Source of the DNA: Fimbriimonadia bacterium
GTDB lineage: Bacteria > Armatimonadota > Fimbriimonadia > Fimbriimonadales > JABRVX01
Reading direction: 5' to 3'
DNA: 64,000 nt
NCBI GenBank assembly: GCA_041483895.1
Contig: JBGPGO010000001.1
Span: 416,001-480,000 of the forward strand
The notes below the pieces were generated by a model. That model had not been told where the DNA came from and ran no database searches. It saw nothing but the letters and a program-made list of their open reading frames with translations. Within the stretch, counting starts at the first letter, position 1, and the number at the start of each line of letters is the position of its first letter. The translations under genes were made by a program, and so were the position numbers. Positions 35,496 through 45,198 of the stretch are shown in pieces.

Positions 35496-38231
35496 CTATG
35501 CGAGAACGAAATGGTGGTCGCCGGCGCCTGCCTCGCGCGACGACCCGTCTAGTTGACGGATTTCCGCTGTGATTCCGTTCGGTATGGATACGTCCAAAGT
35601 CAGTTTGCCGTTGCTATGGTTCCATTTGACATGGATCGGTCCGTGGGGAGTTGGCACGGAACCTTCGGCTTCTGCCAGCCCGCATGGGTGAGGGTCGATT
35701 TCGGCGCGGCTAAAACCGGGTTCCAGCGGTCGGACGCCGAGAATGCACGCGCTTAGGAAGTAGGCCGGCGCTGCGCTCCAGGCATGGCAGTGGCTGCGCG
35801 TCCATCGGCCCGCCGGCATGAAGCCGGGAAACAGCTCCCAGCAGGTTGTCGCGCCGCGATCTAGCATAATCCCCCACTTATCGCGGATGATCGCTACGAT
35901 ATCATCCGTCCGGCCCAGCCGCGCCAGCGCCTCCAACTGGAAGAATGTGAAGAACGGCGTACCGACTCTTACTATCTGTTCCGGCGGATCTATTAGATAC
36001 TTCTCCAGTGTCGTTCGTCGTTCGTCTTCCGCGCAGTTGGATAGCAATGCCAGTATCTGCGTCTGCTGGCTGATCGTCTCGCTACCCAGGCGATCCACGT
36101 ATGCCTGCTTTTCCTCCGACCATAGATGCTTGTTGATCGCTGCGAACAGTTTCTTGCGCTCCCCAGCAAATTCCGACCGACCGGTCAGCCGCGCGACGAA
36201 ATCCCATGTCATACCGAGCATCAGATTTTGCGGTGTGACCACCCCTTCGTTGGGTTGGTCCATCGGCGCCCAATCCGTCAGGTTCCACGCCTCGATTTCA
36301 AACAATCCATTCAAGTTAATATACTTAAGACAGTTCTCCGCCTGCATAACAAGTGGTGGTGTCAGTTCTTCGAGCGTTGCTCTATCTCCCGTAAATCGAT
36401 AGTAGTCCTCCACTGCAAGCGCCCACATAAAGGACCAATTCGGTATCACATTGGTCCATGCGCTAGGCACCTGCGACTGCACCAGATCCGATCGCTTTAG
36501 CGACTCCCCCGCAAGCCGCAGGCATCGTGCGCTTATATCATACGCCCCAAACGCATAGTAGTTGGCGACAGACTCTGTCAGACTATCACCTACCCAAAAC
36601 GTCTGCTCATAGGTGGGGCAATCCACATACGTATCATCCATGCACAAACGCACGGTGTATGCGGACATCTCCCATATCTTGTTCAGCCGCTCGTCGTCGC
36701 ACCGGAACGATCCGATCGGCTGCACCGGATAGGTGGCCTGTATTGTGCGAATGCCATGCAAGACGATCGGCTCCGCATGATCGCGGAACGTCGCAATCAG
36801 ATACCGGCACCCGCGCCGATTGAAGCATCGATACGACTGGCGACCCTCCCGGCACCAATATCGCAGCGTGTTGTTCATCTCCCATGGCAGATCGAGAATC
36901 CCGTCCTGCACCGCCTCCGCCCCCAACAGATCGATGATCGCTCCCTCCGGCGCGTCAATATCCATCTCCCAATAGCCGACCGTCATCTTGCCCAGATCGA
37001 ATACGATCTCTTCGTCCCCTGCGCCCGCCGATATCGTCAACGGGAAGGCACAATCCACGGTTAACGCCCCGACCTCTGTGGCGAAGGCCACACGATCCGT
37101 CACGACCTGATGATGCGTGTCCAGCGCCGTCACCGGTTGGAGCAGGTCCCCCGTGACAGCCTCCAGTTCTTCCACCGTCCGCGACGAGCGAATCTGCTCC
37201 GCCATTGGATCATTTGGCGAGATAGCGATGGTTGCAAACTCCGCGCTTCGATGACGCGGTCCGTGCGTGCCGATAGTCGCATCGAATGCCGCCCGCGCAG
37301 TCCATTCGTGGTACCTGCCGCTCACATCCCACACAAGAAGATTCGGTCCATGGACGAGCGACAACCTGTAGCGCCGTGACCCGGTCCAGAGGGGCAATGT
37401 GGGCTCCACCGCCTCGACCTCTCGTCCGTTGAGTCGAATGCGCCCCGGTCCGGCATCCACGCCTCCAATCGCCTCCATCTCCACCACTTCCCTACTGTCC
37501 GATTCGATCACGCAGGTGAGGAAGCCCTCGATATTCATCTGATTGGCCTCGATGTATCCCGGAAGCAGGTTGCGCCGCAAGGAGACAGACCAGACTGTGG
37601 GCGGCGGAGCAACGCGCCGCGCCCGCCAGATAGATGCCGGTTCAATCGGCTCTTCCGTCAGAAATGGAACGTCGCGCGGATGCAGCGAAGACCACGGCGG
37701 CGACCCAACCGGGCCGATCTCAAACGCCGTCTGCCAACCGCCATCATCATAGGCAATCTCATGCCAACCGTGCGGCTCCAGCCGGGCATCGTATGTCTCC
37801 GCCCAACCCATCTGGCAACTGATCCGCGCCGTGTCGCGGCTGAAAGTAGGATGCTCCATCCATTTCCAATCCGGATCGGTAGCAACCAGGCATTCGTCCC
37901 CGGCGCATATCTCCGCAAGCAATCCACCGCGAGTAGGCAGGCTCTGGAAAGTGCCGACGCCGAATTCGTGCGCCAATACAGCGAGGCAGTTTCCGCCGGG
38001 CCGGAGGTGAACTTCGTATTCATCGTACCGGTAGGTCTCGGGGAAGGCTCGGACGGGACCGTTACCGATCAACTGGCCGTTCAACCATGCGCGATAGCGT
38101 GAATCGGCGGTGATTCGCAGCGTCGCCGGACCTCCATTAGCATGGAATTCCCTCCGAAAACAGAGCCAATAGTTCCATTGCCGGTCGTTGGTGTCGCTCC
38201 AAATCCATTTCCCGTGCCAATGAGTTGTCAT
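35496..38231 (-). CDS. GH78 alpha-L-rhamnosidase-family glycoside hydrolase
   Basis: KWIW, ITADSRY, YVDCPTYEQTFWVGD, GATTCWE, SHCHAWSAAP, VPTPHG; start MTTHWHG. Confidence 0.9.
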   Translation of the reverse strand: MTTHWHGKWIWSDTNDRQWNYWLCFRREFHANGGPATLRITADSRYRAWLNGQLIGNGPVRAFPETYRYDEYEVHLRPGGNCLAVLAHEFGVGTFQSLPTRGGLLAEICAGDECLVATDPDWKWMEHPTFSRDTARISCQMGWAETYDARLEPHGWHEIAYDDGGWQTAFEIGPVGSPPWSSLHPRDVPFLTEEPIEPASIWRARRVAPPPTVWSVSLRRNLLPGYIEANQMNIEGFLTCVIESDSREVVEMEAIGGVDAGPGRIRLNGREVEAVEPTLPLWTGSRRYRLSLVHGPNLLVWDVSGRYHEWTARAAFDATIGTHGPRHRSAEFATIAISPNDPMAEQIRSSRTVEELEAVTGDLLQPVTALDTHHQVVTDRVAFATEVGALTVDCAFPLTISAGAGDEEIVFDLGKMTVGYWEMDIDAPEGAIIDLLGAEAVQDGILDLPWEMNNTLRYWCREGRQSYRCFNRRGCRYLIATFRDHAEPIVLHGIRTIQATYPVQPIGSFRCDDERLNKIWEMSAYTVRLCMDDTYVDCPTYEQTFWVGDSLTESVANYYAFGAYDISARCLRLAGESLKRSDLVQSQVPSAWTNVIPNWSFMWALAVEDYYRFTGDRATLEELTPPLVMQAENCLKYINLNGLFEIEAWNLTDWAPMDQPNEGVVTPQNLMLGMTWDFVARLTGRSEFAGERKKLFAAINKHLWSEEKQAYVDRLGSETISQQTQILALLSNCAEDERRTTLEKYLIDPPEQIVRVGTPFFTFFQLEALARLGRTDDIVAIIRDKWGIMLDRGATTCWELFPGFMPAGRWTRSHCHAWSAAPAYFLSACILGVRPLEPGFSRAEIDPHPCGLAEAEGSVPTPHGPIHVKWNHSNGKLTLDVSIPNGITAEIRQLDGSSREAGAGDHHFVLA

Positions 38232-38266
38232 TCCGAGATTATAGCGGACGATTGGGCTGTGATTGC

Positions 38267-39649
38267 CTAAACGTTGTCGAGAGCGGTGGCGAGCTTCGCG
38301 ATCGTGGTCTTCGCGTTGCCAAACACCATGATGGTATTCGGCTGCAAGAACAGCTCGTTTTCGATGCCGGCAAATCCGGGGTTCATGGAGCGCTTGCACA
38401 CAATCACCGTCTTCGCCTTGTCCACGTCCAGGATCGGCATGCCGTAGATCGGGCTGGCTTTGTCGTATCGCGCGGCCGGATTCACCACATCGTTCGCGCC
38501 TATCACCAACGCCACATCCGTTTCGGCGAACATTGGATTGATCTCCTCCAGATCGTAGAGCTGTTCATACGGGACGTCCGCCTCCGCAAGCAAAACGTTC
38601 ATGTGGCCCGGCATTCGGCCCGCCACCGGATGGATGGCGTACTTCACATCGATTCCATCTGCCATCAGCTTGGAAGCCAGCTCCTTGACCACATGCTGGG
38701 CCTGCGCGACTGCCATCCCATATCCGGGAACGATGACAACGCTTGACGCGCTCGAAAAAATGATCGCCGCATCCTCCACCGAGTAGCTTCGGACCGAGCC
38801 TTTCAACGCATGGTGTTCCCCGCCCCCAGTCGGCACAGCGCCGAACGCGCCAAAGATTACGTTTTCCAGCGACCGGTTCATTGCCTTGCACATTTGGAGC
38901 GTTAAGATCAGCCCGCTAGCGCCCACCAAGCCGCCGCCGATCAGCAATGCGGTATTCCCCAACACAAAACCCGCCAGTCCTGCCGCGCAGCCGGTAAACG
39001 AGTTGAGGAGGGAAATCACGACCGGCATATCCGCTCCTCCGATGGGTAGCACCAATAGCATCCCAAGCAGCAGCGAGACACCGAAGAGACCGAGGAAAAG
39101 CGGAATCGAATGCGTCCCGGAAATCAGGAGCACAAGGTAGACCGCCAAACCCAGGAGCAGAAAGAAGTTAACCACCTTTTGGCCGGGATAGGTGAGCGGC
39201 CGGCCGCTCATCAATTCTTGCAGCTTCGCGAACGCGATCATACTGCCGGAAAAGCTGATGCTGCCGATCATGAGGCTTAGCACCATGGTGGCGTTCTGGA
39301 CCAAATCCCGATCTACCGTCGCGTCGGTTCGCATGTACTCGATGAGAGCCACCAACGCAACCGCCCCGCCACCCAGACCGTTGAACATGGCAACCATCTG
39401 CGGCATCGCGGTCATCTGCACGCGGCGCGCGGATACCACGCCGATCACCCCGCCGATTGCGCACGCCGCGAGGATCCATCCGAAATTCCCGATGCCTGGG
39501 ATGAATAGAGTGGCGATCAGCGCGACCGCCATTCCGCCGGCGGCCAACCAATTTCCCTGCCGCCCCGTGCGAGGCGAATTCAAGAGTTTGAGCGATAAGA
39601 TGAAACAGATGGCCGTCAACAGATAGGCAATATCAATCCAGTCGCTCAA
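38267..39649 (-). CDS. pntB: NAD(P) transhydrogenase beta subunit
   Basis: MTAMPQMVA, PIGGADMPVVISLLNS, VPGYGMAVAQAQH, HPVAGRMPGHMNVLLAEA. Confidence 0.97.
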   Translation of the reverse strand: MSDWIDIAYLLTAICFILSLKLLNSPRTGRQGNWLAAGGMAVALIATLFIPGIGNFGWILAACAIGGVIGVVSARRVQMTAMPQMVAMFNGLGGGAVALVALIEYMRTDATVDRDLVQNATMVLSLMIGSISFSGSMIAFAKLQELMSGRPLTYPGQKVVNFFLLLGLAVYLVLLISGTHSIPLFLGLFGVSLLLGMLLVLPIGGADMPVVISLLNSFTGCAAGLAGFVLGNTALLIGGGLVGASGLILTLQMCKAMNRSLENVIFGAFGAVPTGGGEHHALKGSVRSYSVEDAAIIFSSASSVVIVPGYGMAVAQAQHVVKELASKLMADGIDVKYAIHPVAGRMPGHMNVLLAEADVPYEQLYDLEEINPMFAETDVALVIGANDVVNPAARYDKASPIYGMPILDVDKAKTVIVCKRSMNPGFAGIENELFLQPNTIMVFGNAKTTIAKLATALDNV

Positions 39650-39944
39650 CGGATTTCACCTCCTGTTTCGGCTTGCGCTTGAACATCTCCAGCATTCGAT
39701 CCGTGACGACAAATCCGCCCACGACGTTGAGGACGCCGAAAATCGTGGCGCCCATCCCAAGCGCTATCGTCGCCGGCGTTTGAGCGGTCCCAAGAACGAT
39801 AAACCCGCCGACCAAGATAACGCCATGGATTGCGTTCGTGGCGGACATCAGCGGGGTGTGGAGCGTCTGCGGCACCTTCGCGATGACCTCCAGACCGACG
39901 AAGACCGCAAGGATGAAGATGGTGACGACCGCGATCAGGGTCAT
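39633..39944 (-). CDS. pntAb: NAD(P) transhydrogenase alpha subunit, membrane part
   Basis: LHTPLMSATNAIHG, NVVGGFVVTDRMLEMF. Confidence 0.96.
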   Translation of the reverse strand: MTLIAVVTIFILAVFVGLEVIAKVPQTLHTPLMSATNAIHGVILVGGFIVLGTAQTPATIALGMGATIFGVLNVVGGFVVTDRMLEMFKRKPKQEVKSVERLD

Positions 39945-41092
39945 GCCGCGCCCCCTCTCTCTAATGCCAGGCGGATGATCTCATGCACCAGGCGTCCTTC
40001 ATGCGTCACGAGCGTTCCTTTGATGATCTCGTCCGTCATGTCTATTTCCAAATCGCCGTCCTTTAGCATGAGGCCCAAAAACGAGGAGATATTCTTGGAG
40101 TACATTCGGCTGGCATCGCAGGCCATGCGGCCGATCAGGTCCGTCTGACCAATGATCGTAACTCCGTCTTTGACAATGTTCTGACCCGGAACCGTCGCCT
40201 CGCAGTTGCCGCCGTTGGTCGCGGCAATATCGACGATTACGGAACCCGGCCGCATTTTCCTGACCATCTCGTTCGTGATCAGCGTCGGAGCGGGCTTGCC
40301 TGGGATCAGCGCAGTCGTGATCACGGCGTTCACGTGTGGCAGCCGCGATGCGATCAGCTCCAGCTCCCGGGCGTGGGTGTCTCCGCTTACCTCTTTCGCA
40401 TATCCGCTGGCATCCTCGGCTTCTTCGGTAAGGAGCGACATTCCGACAAACTTGCCCCCCAAGCTCTCAATTTGCTCTTTGACCGCCGGCCGGACGTCGA
40501 ATGCCTCAACGATTGCGCCGAGCCGGCGGCAGGTCGCTATCGCTTGCAAACCCGATACCCCGGCGCCGATGACGAAAATACGGGCCGGGGGCAAGGTTCC
40601 CGCCGCGGTCATGAGCATCGGGAAAAACATCGGCAGCGCGTCCGCGCACAGAATGGCGGCCTGATAGCCCGCGATTGTGCTCATGGAGGAGATAGCGTCC
40701 ATGCTCTGAGCGCGGGAGATCCGGGGCATCATATCCATCGCGAACGCCGATATCTGATGGGCGCAAAGAGTCTCAATAATGGCTGAATTTGCGGTCGGCA
40801 TCAAAAAAGACACCAATACGGTGCCTGGTCGGAGGGCCTCGATCTCCTCCACGGTTGGCGGAAGCACTTTGAGCACGACCTCCGCCCCGCCCACAGTTGT
40901 TGCGAAATCAGGACAAATGTCCGCTCCCACCTCGGCATAGGCTTCGTCGGGGCATAAACTCGCTGCACCTGCCTGCGATTGTACGGACAGCTTCGTCCCT
41001 TTGCCGATGAGCTCCTTCGCTCCGTCCGGCGTGAGCGCGACCCTGCGCTCATCTCGGGCCGATTCCTTCGGCACCGCAATCCTCATTTTCAC
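39941..41092 (-). CDS. pntAa: NAD(P) transhydrogenase alpha subunit, NAD-binding part
   Basis: ERRVALTP, PRISRAQSMD, MTAAGT, GAGVSGLQAIA, TTALIPGKPAP. Confidence 0.96.
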   Translation of the reverse strand: MKMRIAVPKESARDERRVALTPDGAKELIGKGTKLSVQSQAGAASLCPDEAYAEVGADICPDFATTVGGAEVVLKVLPPTVEEIEALRPGTVLVSFLMPTANSAIIETLCAHQISAFAMDMMPRISRAQSMDAISSMSTIAGYQAAILCADALPMFFPMLMTAAGTLPPARIFVIGAGVSGLQAIATCRRLGAIVEAFDVRPAVKEQIESLGGKFVGMSLLTEEAEDASGYAKEVSGDTHARELELIASRLPHVNAVITTALIPGKPAPTLITNEMVRKMRPGSVIVDIAATNGGNCEATVPGQNIVKDGVTIIGQTDLIGRMACDASRMYSKNISSFLGLMLKDGDLEIDMTDEIIKGTLVTHEGRLVHEIIRLALERGGAA

Positions 41093-41132
41093 TCCAAGTA
41101 CCCGGTTGGGGCGCTTGGATTATACCTAAAGC

Positions 41133-41657
41133 CTACGGACCGCCAAGACCATTGTTGGGCTTCGTTTCTGTCGGTTTATCTACCGGCTTGACTTCCGGCT
41201 TCTTCTCTTCGGCGGCCGGAATCGGACCAACCATCGAGGTGACTGCGCCATTTACGTAGGTGAGCACCATGCGGTAGTACTTGGCTTCCTTAGGCGGGGC
41301 CTTGGTCAGGGAGAGCGGAAGCTGCTCAAACCGATACCGCCAAATCTCTTTCTTGCTCTTGTCCAGGAACGCTATGAACGCCCCGTTCAGGAAGTCGGAG
41401 TTACCGGCCCACGATATTCGAACTTGGCCGTCCTTCAAAACGTCCACGTCGAAGCTCTCGCTATTGCGTGGAACGATGTTGCTCAGAGGTGAGCCGGATA
41501 CGGTATCGGAACCGTTGAGGAATAACGGGGCGTTGGTGTTGAACGGCACGATACGAGTTCCCGGACCTACGGGCAGAGTGTCCTGATTCGGGTCAATTTG
41601 CTGGGCATTGGCGCCCGCAAACGCACAAAGTAAGAACGCAGCGACTGCAAACCTCAT
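41133..41657 (-). CDS. Hypothetical secreted protein
   Basis: AGGAGG SD; signal peptide MRFAVAAFLLCAFAGANA. Confidence 0.75.
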   Translation of the reverse strand: MRFAVAAFLLCAFAGANAQQIDPNQDTLPVGPGTRIVPFNTNAPLFLNGSDTVSGSPLSNIVPRNSESFDVDVLKDGQVRISWAGNSDFLNGAFIAFLDKSKKEIWRYRFEQLPLSLTKAPPKEAKYYRMVLTYVNGAVTSMVGPIPAAEEKKPEVKPVDKPTETKPNNGLGGP

Positions 41658-41850
41658 GACTTCTACCTCCTATTCAAACAAGCGTCACAACTTATCAGAC
41701 GACTCGGACCGCCCTCCGTGTTCCAAAACCCCGCCAAGCCGAAAGTCTCAATTTCTTTACCCTCCCTATTGACAAAGCCGGATTGTGCCGACCAAACTGA
41801 TTATGCAGGCGAATGTGCGCCTAGATTTCAGAAGGAGGAGCCGAAGTACG

Positions 41851-41949
41851 ATGAAGTTCACCGATCGCTTCATTCCACAGCGACTGGCAGGCACCGGCTC
41901 TGCCCTTCGTGGCGTCATTGCGTCCGCAATATGGGGGAATATGTATTAG
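41851..41949 (+). CDS. Putative 32-aa leader peptide MKFTDRFIPQRLAGTGSALRGVIASAIWGNMY
   Basis: AGAAGGAGG SD; TTGACA at 41769; followed by a terminator; below the ORF-track size cutoff. Confidence 0.65.
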   Translation: MKFTDRFIPQRLAGTGSALRGVIASAIWGNMY

Positions 41950-41977
41950 GTAGCCCCCTCCTTCTCAAGACGTATTG

Positions 41978-42009
41978 ACGCCGCGTGGAGAACATCCCGT
42001 GGCGTTTTT
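41978..42009 (+). terminator. Attenuator terminator
   Basis: acgccgcgtgga-gaaca-tcccgtggcgt-tttt; its 5' arm can instead pair with 41909-41924. Confidence 0.75.
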
Positions 42010-42023
42010 GCGCATTTGCCCCC

Positions 42024-42085
42024 GCCGGCAGCCAGCGCTCCCCATAATCCCCTCCCCCGCTTGCGGGGGAGGGTTAGGGTGGGGG
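42024..42085. repeat. Composite REP, left copy of an inverted pair
   Basis: Near-identical reverse complement at 44196-44258. Confidence 0.85.
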
Positions 42086-42125
42086 CTCTTTCAAACCCGG
42101 CCCCGCCCGACAAAGGAGATTATCC

Positions 42126-43019
42126 TTGGAAACCTTAGTTCTAGAAAATGACAAGCCAAGCGGCGATGCCCGCGTTCCGGTCGCGATCGGGGTCTACAGC
42201 GTCGAGAAGAGCTTCTATGAATCGGAAGACGAGGGTGAGCGCCTGATCGACTGGCGTCGATTTCTCCCCAAACTGGGCGCCAAGCGGACGGTCAAGAAGG
42301 CCGTGGACGGCATCTCCTTCGAAGTGCCGGAGGGCGAGGTGTTTGGCGTTCTGGGCCCAAACGGGTCGGGAAAGTCAACGCTGATTCGAATGTTGGCCAC
42401 GCTGCTGATACCGGATGCCGGGCGGCTGGAGGTCTTTGGCGTGGACGTCGTCAAGCACTCGCTCCAGGCAAGGACGCTGATCAACCGCGTGTCCGTCGAA
42501 GCCAGCTTTTTCAAAACGCTGTCCACTGCGGAAAACCTGCTGCACAGCGCCCGATTGTACGGGTTGGACATCAACGAAGCGAAGAATCGGGCCTTCGATG
42601 CGCTGGAGCGGCTTGGATTCGAGATGAAACGATTGGACAGACCGGTCCAATATCTCTCCCGAGGCCAGCAGCAAAAGGTGGCGATCACGCGGGCCTTCAT
42701 CACACGGCCGCGCGTGCTGCTGCTGGACGAGCCGACCACCGGGTTGGACCCGCGTTCCAAGCGAGAAGTGCAGGCGTTCGTCCGGATGCTGCGCTCCGAG
42801 CACAACGTGACCATCCTGATCACGACGCACGACATGGCGGAAGCGGAAGAGATGTGCGATCGCATCGCCATCATGAACATCGGCAAGATGGCGGCCTGCG
42901 GCACAGCCGATGGACTAAAGAAATTGGCGGCAAAGAACGGCGAGACCCCATCCATGGAGGACGTCTTCATGACCCTGACGGGCAAGTCGTTTGAAGCCGC
43001 GGAGGAAGAGGAAAAATGA
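42126..43019 (+). CDS. ABC exporter ATP-binding protein (DrrA-like)
   Basis: GPNGSGKST, LSRGQQQKV, LLLDEPTTGLDP, TTHDMAEAE. Confidence 0.95.
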   Translation: METLVLENDKPSGDARVPVAIGVYSVEKSFYESEDEGERLIDWRRFLPKLGAKRTVKKAVDGISFEVPEGEVFGVLGPNGSGKSTLIRMLATLLIPDAGRLEVFGVDVVKHSLQARTLINRVSVEASFFKTLSTAENLLHSARLYGLDINEAKNRAFDALERLGFEMKRLDRPVQYLSRGQQQKVAITRAFITRPRVLLLDEPTTGLDPRSKREVQAFVRMLRSEHNVTILITTHDMAEAEEMCDRIAIMNIGKMAACGTADGLKKLAAKNGETPSMEDVFMTLTGKSFEAAEEEEK

Positions 43020-44194
43020 CAACAATCGAACAGATGACAGAAAAAGATGTGGCCGGCGCATGCCGTCTTTGGAGCTTCTGCTTCGATCATGGCAAGGCGC
43101 GCGAGCGCACGTTCGAGCAGATTACAACGGAGGCTGACGGCTTTGTGGCAAAGGCGGATGGGCAGTTCGTGGGAGCCTACATCAATCGCCTGCTCGACAT
43201 GTCCTACGACGGGCAGTTCGTCCCAATCGGCGCAATCGCGGCGGTCGGGACGGAGCTGGCCTCCCGTGGGTCCGGCGTGGCACGAGCGATGATGCAGCAT
43301 GCGGTCCGACATAACCGGGAAATCGGACGCCCGGTCAGCATGCTGTATCCGTTCTCGGTCAAGTTCTATCGCGATTTGGGATGGGAGCTGGCGGGGACCA
43401 ACTACTTCGTCAGCCTCGGCCTTAAAGATGTTCGGCCGGGACCGGAGACGGACCGGGTGCGAGCCGTGACTGCAACGGAATTCGATTCCGTGTACGACCG
43501 TTTCGCGCAGCGATATCGCGGGTGCATGAAGCGGACGCCGTATATATGGGAGCGCGTGCTCAAGCCTGTGGACGGCGAGCACCGGTTCATGTATGTGTAC
43601 GAGGGCGACGCCGGGCCGGAAGGGTTCATGCACTTCTGCTTCGGCAGCCAGTACTACAACGATGAGCTGCAAAGACCCGGCGAGGTGTTCGTCCGCGATC
43701 TGATCGCGCTGACGCCCGCCGCGCATCGCGGCCTGGTCGGCACGCTCGCGAGGCTCAAGATGCAGGTTGAACGTGTGTGCTGGGAGGTCCCGGCAGACGA
43801 TCCGGTGTTTTTCGAACCGTACGATCACAACCGGGTTGCCACTCTTACCTCGGAGCGGATGTTCCGCGTGGTGGACGCCGAGAAGCTGCTCGCCAGGCCC
43901 TCCGAAGGACCCGTGTCCGGCGAGTACACCATCCGGATCATGGACGACGAGTGGGCCGGCGGGCCACAGACCTACCTAGTCCGGCTTGAGGATGGGACGC
44001 CGCGGGTGTTCCCTTCCTCGGCGACGCCGTCGATTGAAATGACACAGCGGGCGTTCGCCCAGTGCTGGGTCGGGGATCCATCCGCCGAGCCGCTGCGCCG
44101 CGCGGGCCACATCCAGGTGCACGATGACAACCAGTTCGGGACCTTCCGGTCCCACTTCGGACCAGGGACGTTCATGACATGCGACCCGTTTTGA
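43016..44194 (+). CDS. Eis-like GNAT acetyltransferase
   Basis: IAAVGT..SRGSGVA, LYPFSVKFYRDLGWE, SCP2-like C-terminal domain ending DPF. Confidence 0.88.
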   Translation: MTTIEQMTEKDVAGACRLWSFCFDHGKARERTFEQITTEADGFVAKADGQFVGAYINRLLDMSYDGQFVPIGAIAAVGTELASRGSGVARAMMQHAVRHNREIGRPVSMLYPFSVKFYRDLGWELAGTNYFVSLGLKDVRPGPETDRVRAVTATEFDSVYDRFAQRYRGCMKRTPYIWERVLKPVDGEHRFMYVYEGDAGPEGFMHFCFGSQYYNDELQRPGEVFVRDLIALTPAAHRGLVGTLARLKMQVERVCWEVPADDPVFFEPYDHNRVATLTSERMFRVVDAEKLLARPSEGPVSGEYTIRIMDDEWAGGPQTYLVRLEDGTPRVFPSSATPSIEMTQRAFAQCWVGDPSAEPLRRAGHIQVHDDNQFGTFRSHFGPGTFMTCDPF

Positions 44195-44195
44195 A

Positions 44196-44290
44196 CCCCC
44201 ACCCTAACCCTCCCCCGCAAGCGGGGAGGGGATTGGGGAGCGCTGGCTTCTAGCCGGCATTGCGTCTTGTAACGCTGGCTTCCAGCCGGC
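44196..44290. repeat. Composite REP, right copy, plus extra GTAACGCTGGCTTCCAGCCGGC REP
   Basis: Inverse of 42024-42085; 44269-44290 is the inverse of 3542-3563. Confidence 0.85.
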
Positions 44291-44299
44291 AAAAGGAGG

Positions 44300-45139
44300 T
44301 TGACAATGATTGCCAATCCGGTACTACCGATCCGTGCGGCCCTCAGCTTCACGGAACGACAATTCATGCTGATCAAACGGCTCTGGGGCTGGGAAGCGAT
44401 GTTTCTCTTCTACACGCTCTGCAGCACGATGGCAATCGGCTACCTGGCCACCTCTCTCGGTGAAGGCGGCACAGTCGTGTCCCAGGCGAAGGTCAACGAG
44501 ATCACAATCTCGCTGCTTGTCGGGACATTGCTGTGGGGCTACCTATCGACGCTGTTCTGGGAGCTGAGCGCCACCATGTCTTGGGAGCGCTGGGAAGGGA
44601 CGATTGAATACACGTTCATGGCCCCCGTTTCCCGCGCCGCGCACATCTTCGGCATGAGCATCTACGCGATCGTCTATTCGCTTTGCCGGGCCGGGGCGAC
44701 GCTAGGCATTGTTGTGCTGACGTTCAGCATCGGGTTTCATAACGCCAACTGGCTTGCCGCGTTCATTGTCCTCTTAACGGCGACGGCGTCGTTTGTGGGC
44801 ATCGGGATCATGGTCTCCGTGCTCCCGCTGCTCGCACCGGAAAAAGGACAGATGATCGTAGGCGCTGTCGAAGGCGGCATGCTGCTGGTGTCGGGTGTTT
44901 ACTACCCGATCAGCGTCCTGCCGACATGGATGCAATACGTTGCGAAGCTGTCCCCGGCCACCTATACGCTGGAGGGGATCCGGGCGGCGCTGATCAAGGG
45001 AGCGGGCCTGACGGAACTCGCGCCGCAACTGATGATCCTGGCTCTGATGGGAGTGCTCTTTATCCCGCTCGGGCTGTATCTATTCGGCGTGGCCGAGATC
45101 TATTGCAAGCGGACGGGGCGATTGAAGCGCAGCGGCTAG
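44300..45139 (+). CDS. ABC-2 type exporter permease
   Basis: ERWEGTIEYTFMAPVSR, SGVYYPISVLPTWMQ..SPATY. Confidence 0.93.
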   Translation: MTMIANPVLPIRAALSFTERQFMLIKRLWGWEAMFLFYTLCSTMAIGYLATSLGEGGTVVSQAKVNEITISLLVGTLLWGYLSTLFWELSATMSWERWEGTIEYTFMAPVSRAAHIFGMSIYAIVYSLCRAGATLGIVVLTFSIGFHNANWLAAFIVLLTATASFVGIGIMVSVLPLLAPEKGQMIVGAVEGGMLLVSGVYYPISVLPTWMQYVAKLSPATYTLEGIRAALIKGAGLTELAPQLMILALMGVLFIPLGLYLFGVAEIYCKRTGRLKRSG

Positions 45140-45198
45140 CCAGCAATGGCAGCCGCTCGCCTTCAGTTTCTACGATCCAATTCGCTAGAATGGAACTC

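Noticed and set aside
38232..38399. N-terminal extension of the GH78 ORF
   Set aside because: It overlaps pntB; TATAAT-N6-ATG supports the start at 38231.
42215..43828. Long antisense ORFs (also 23843-25516, 7855-9012, 2287-3249, 58427-59368)
   Set aside because: Shadow frames of GC-rich genes with no recognisable motifs.
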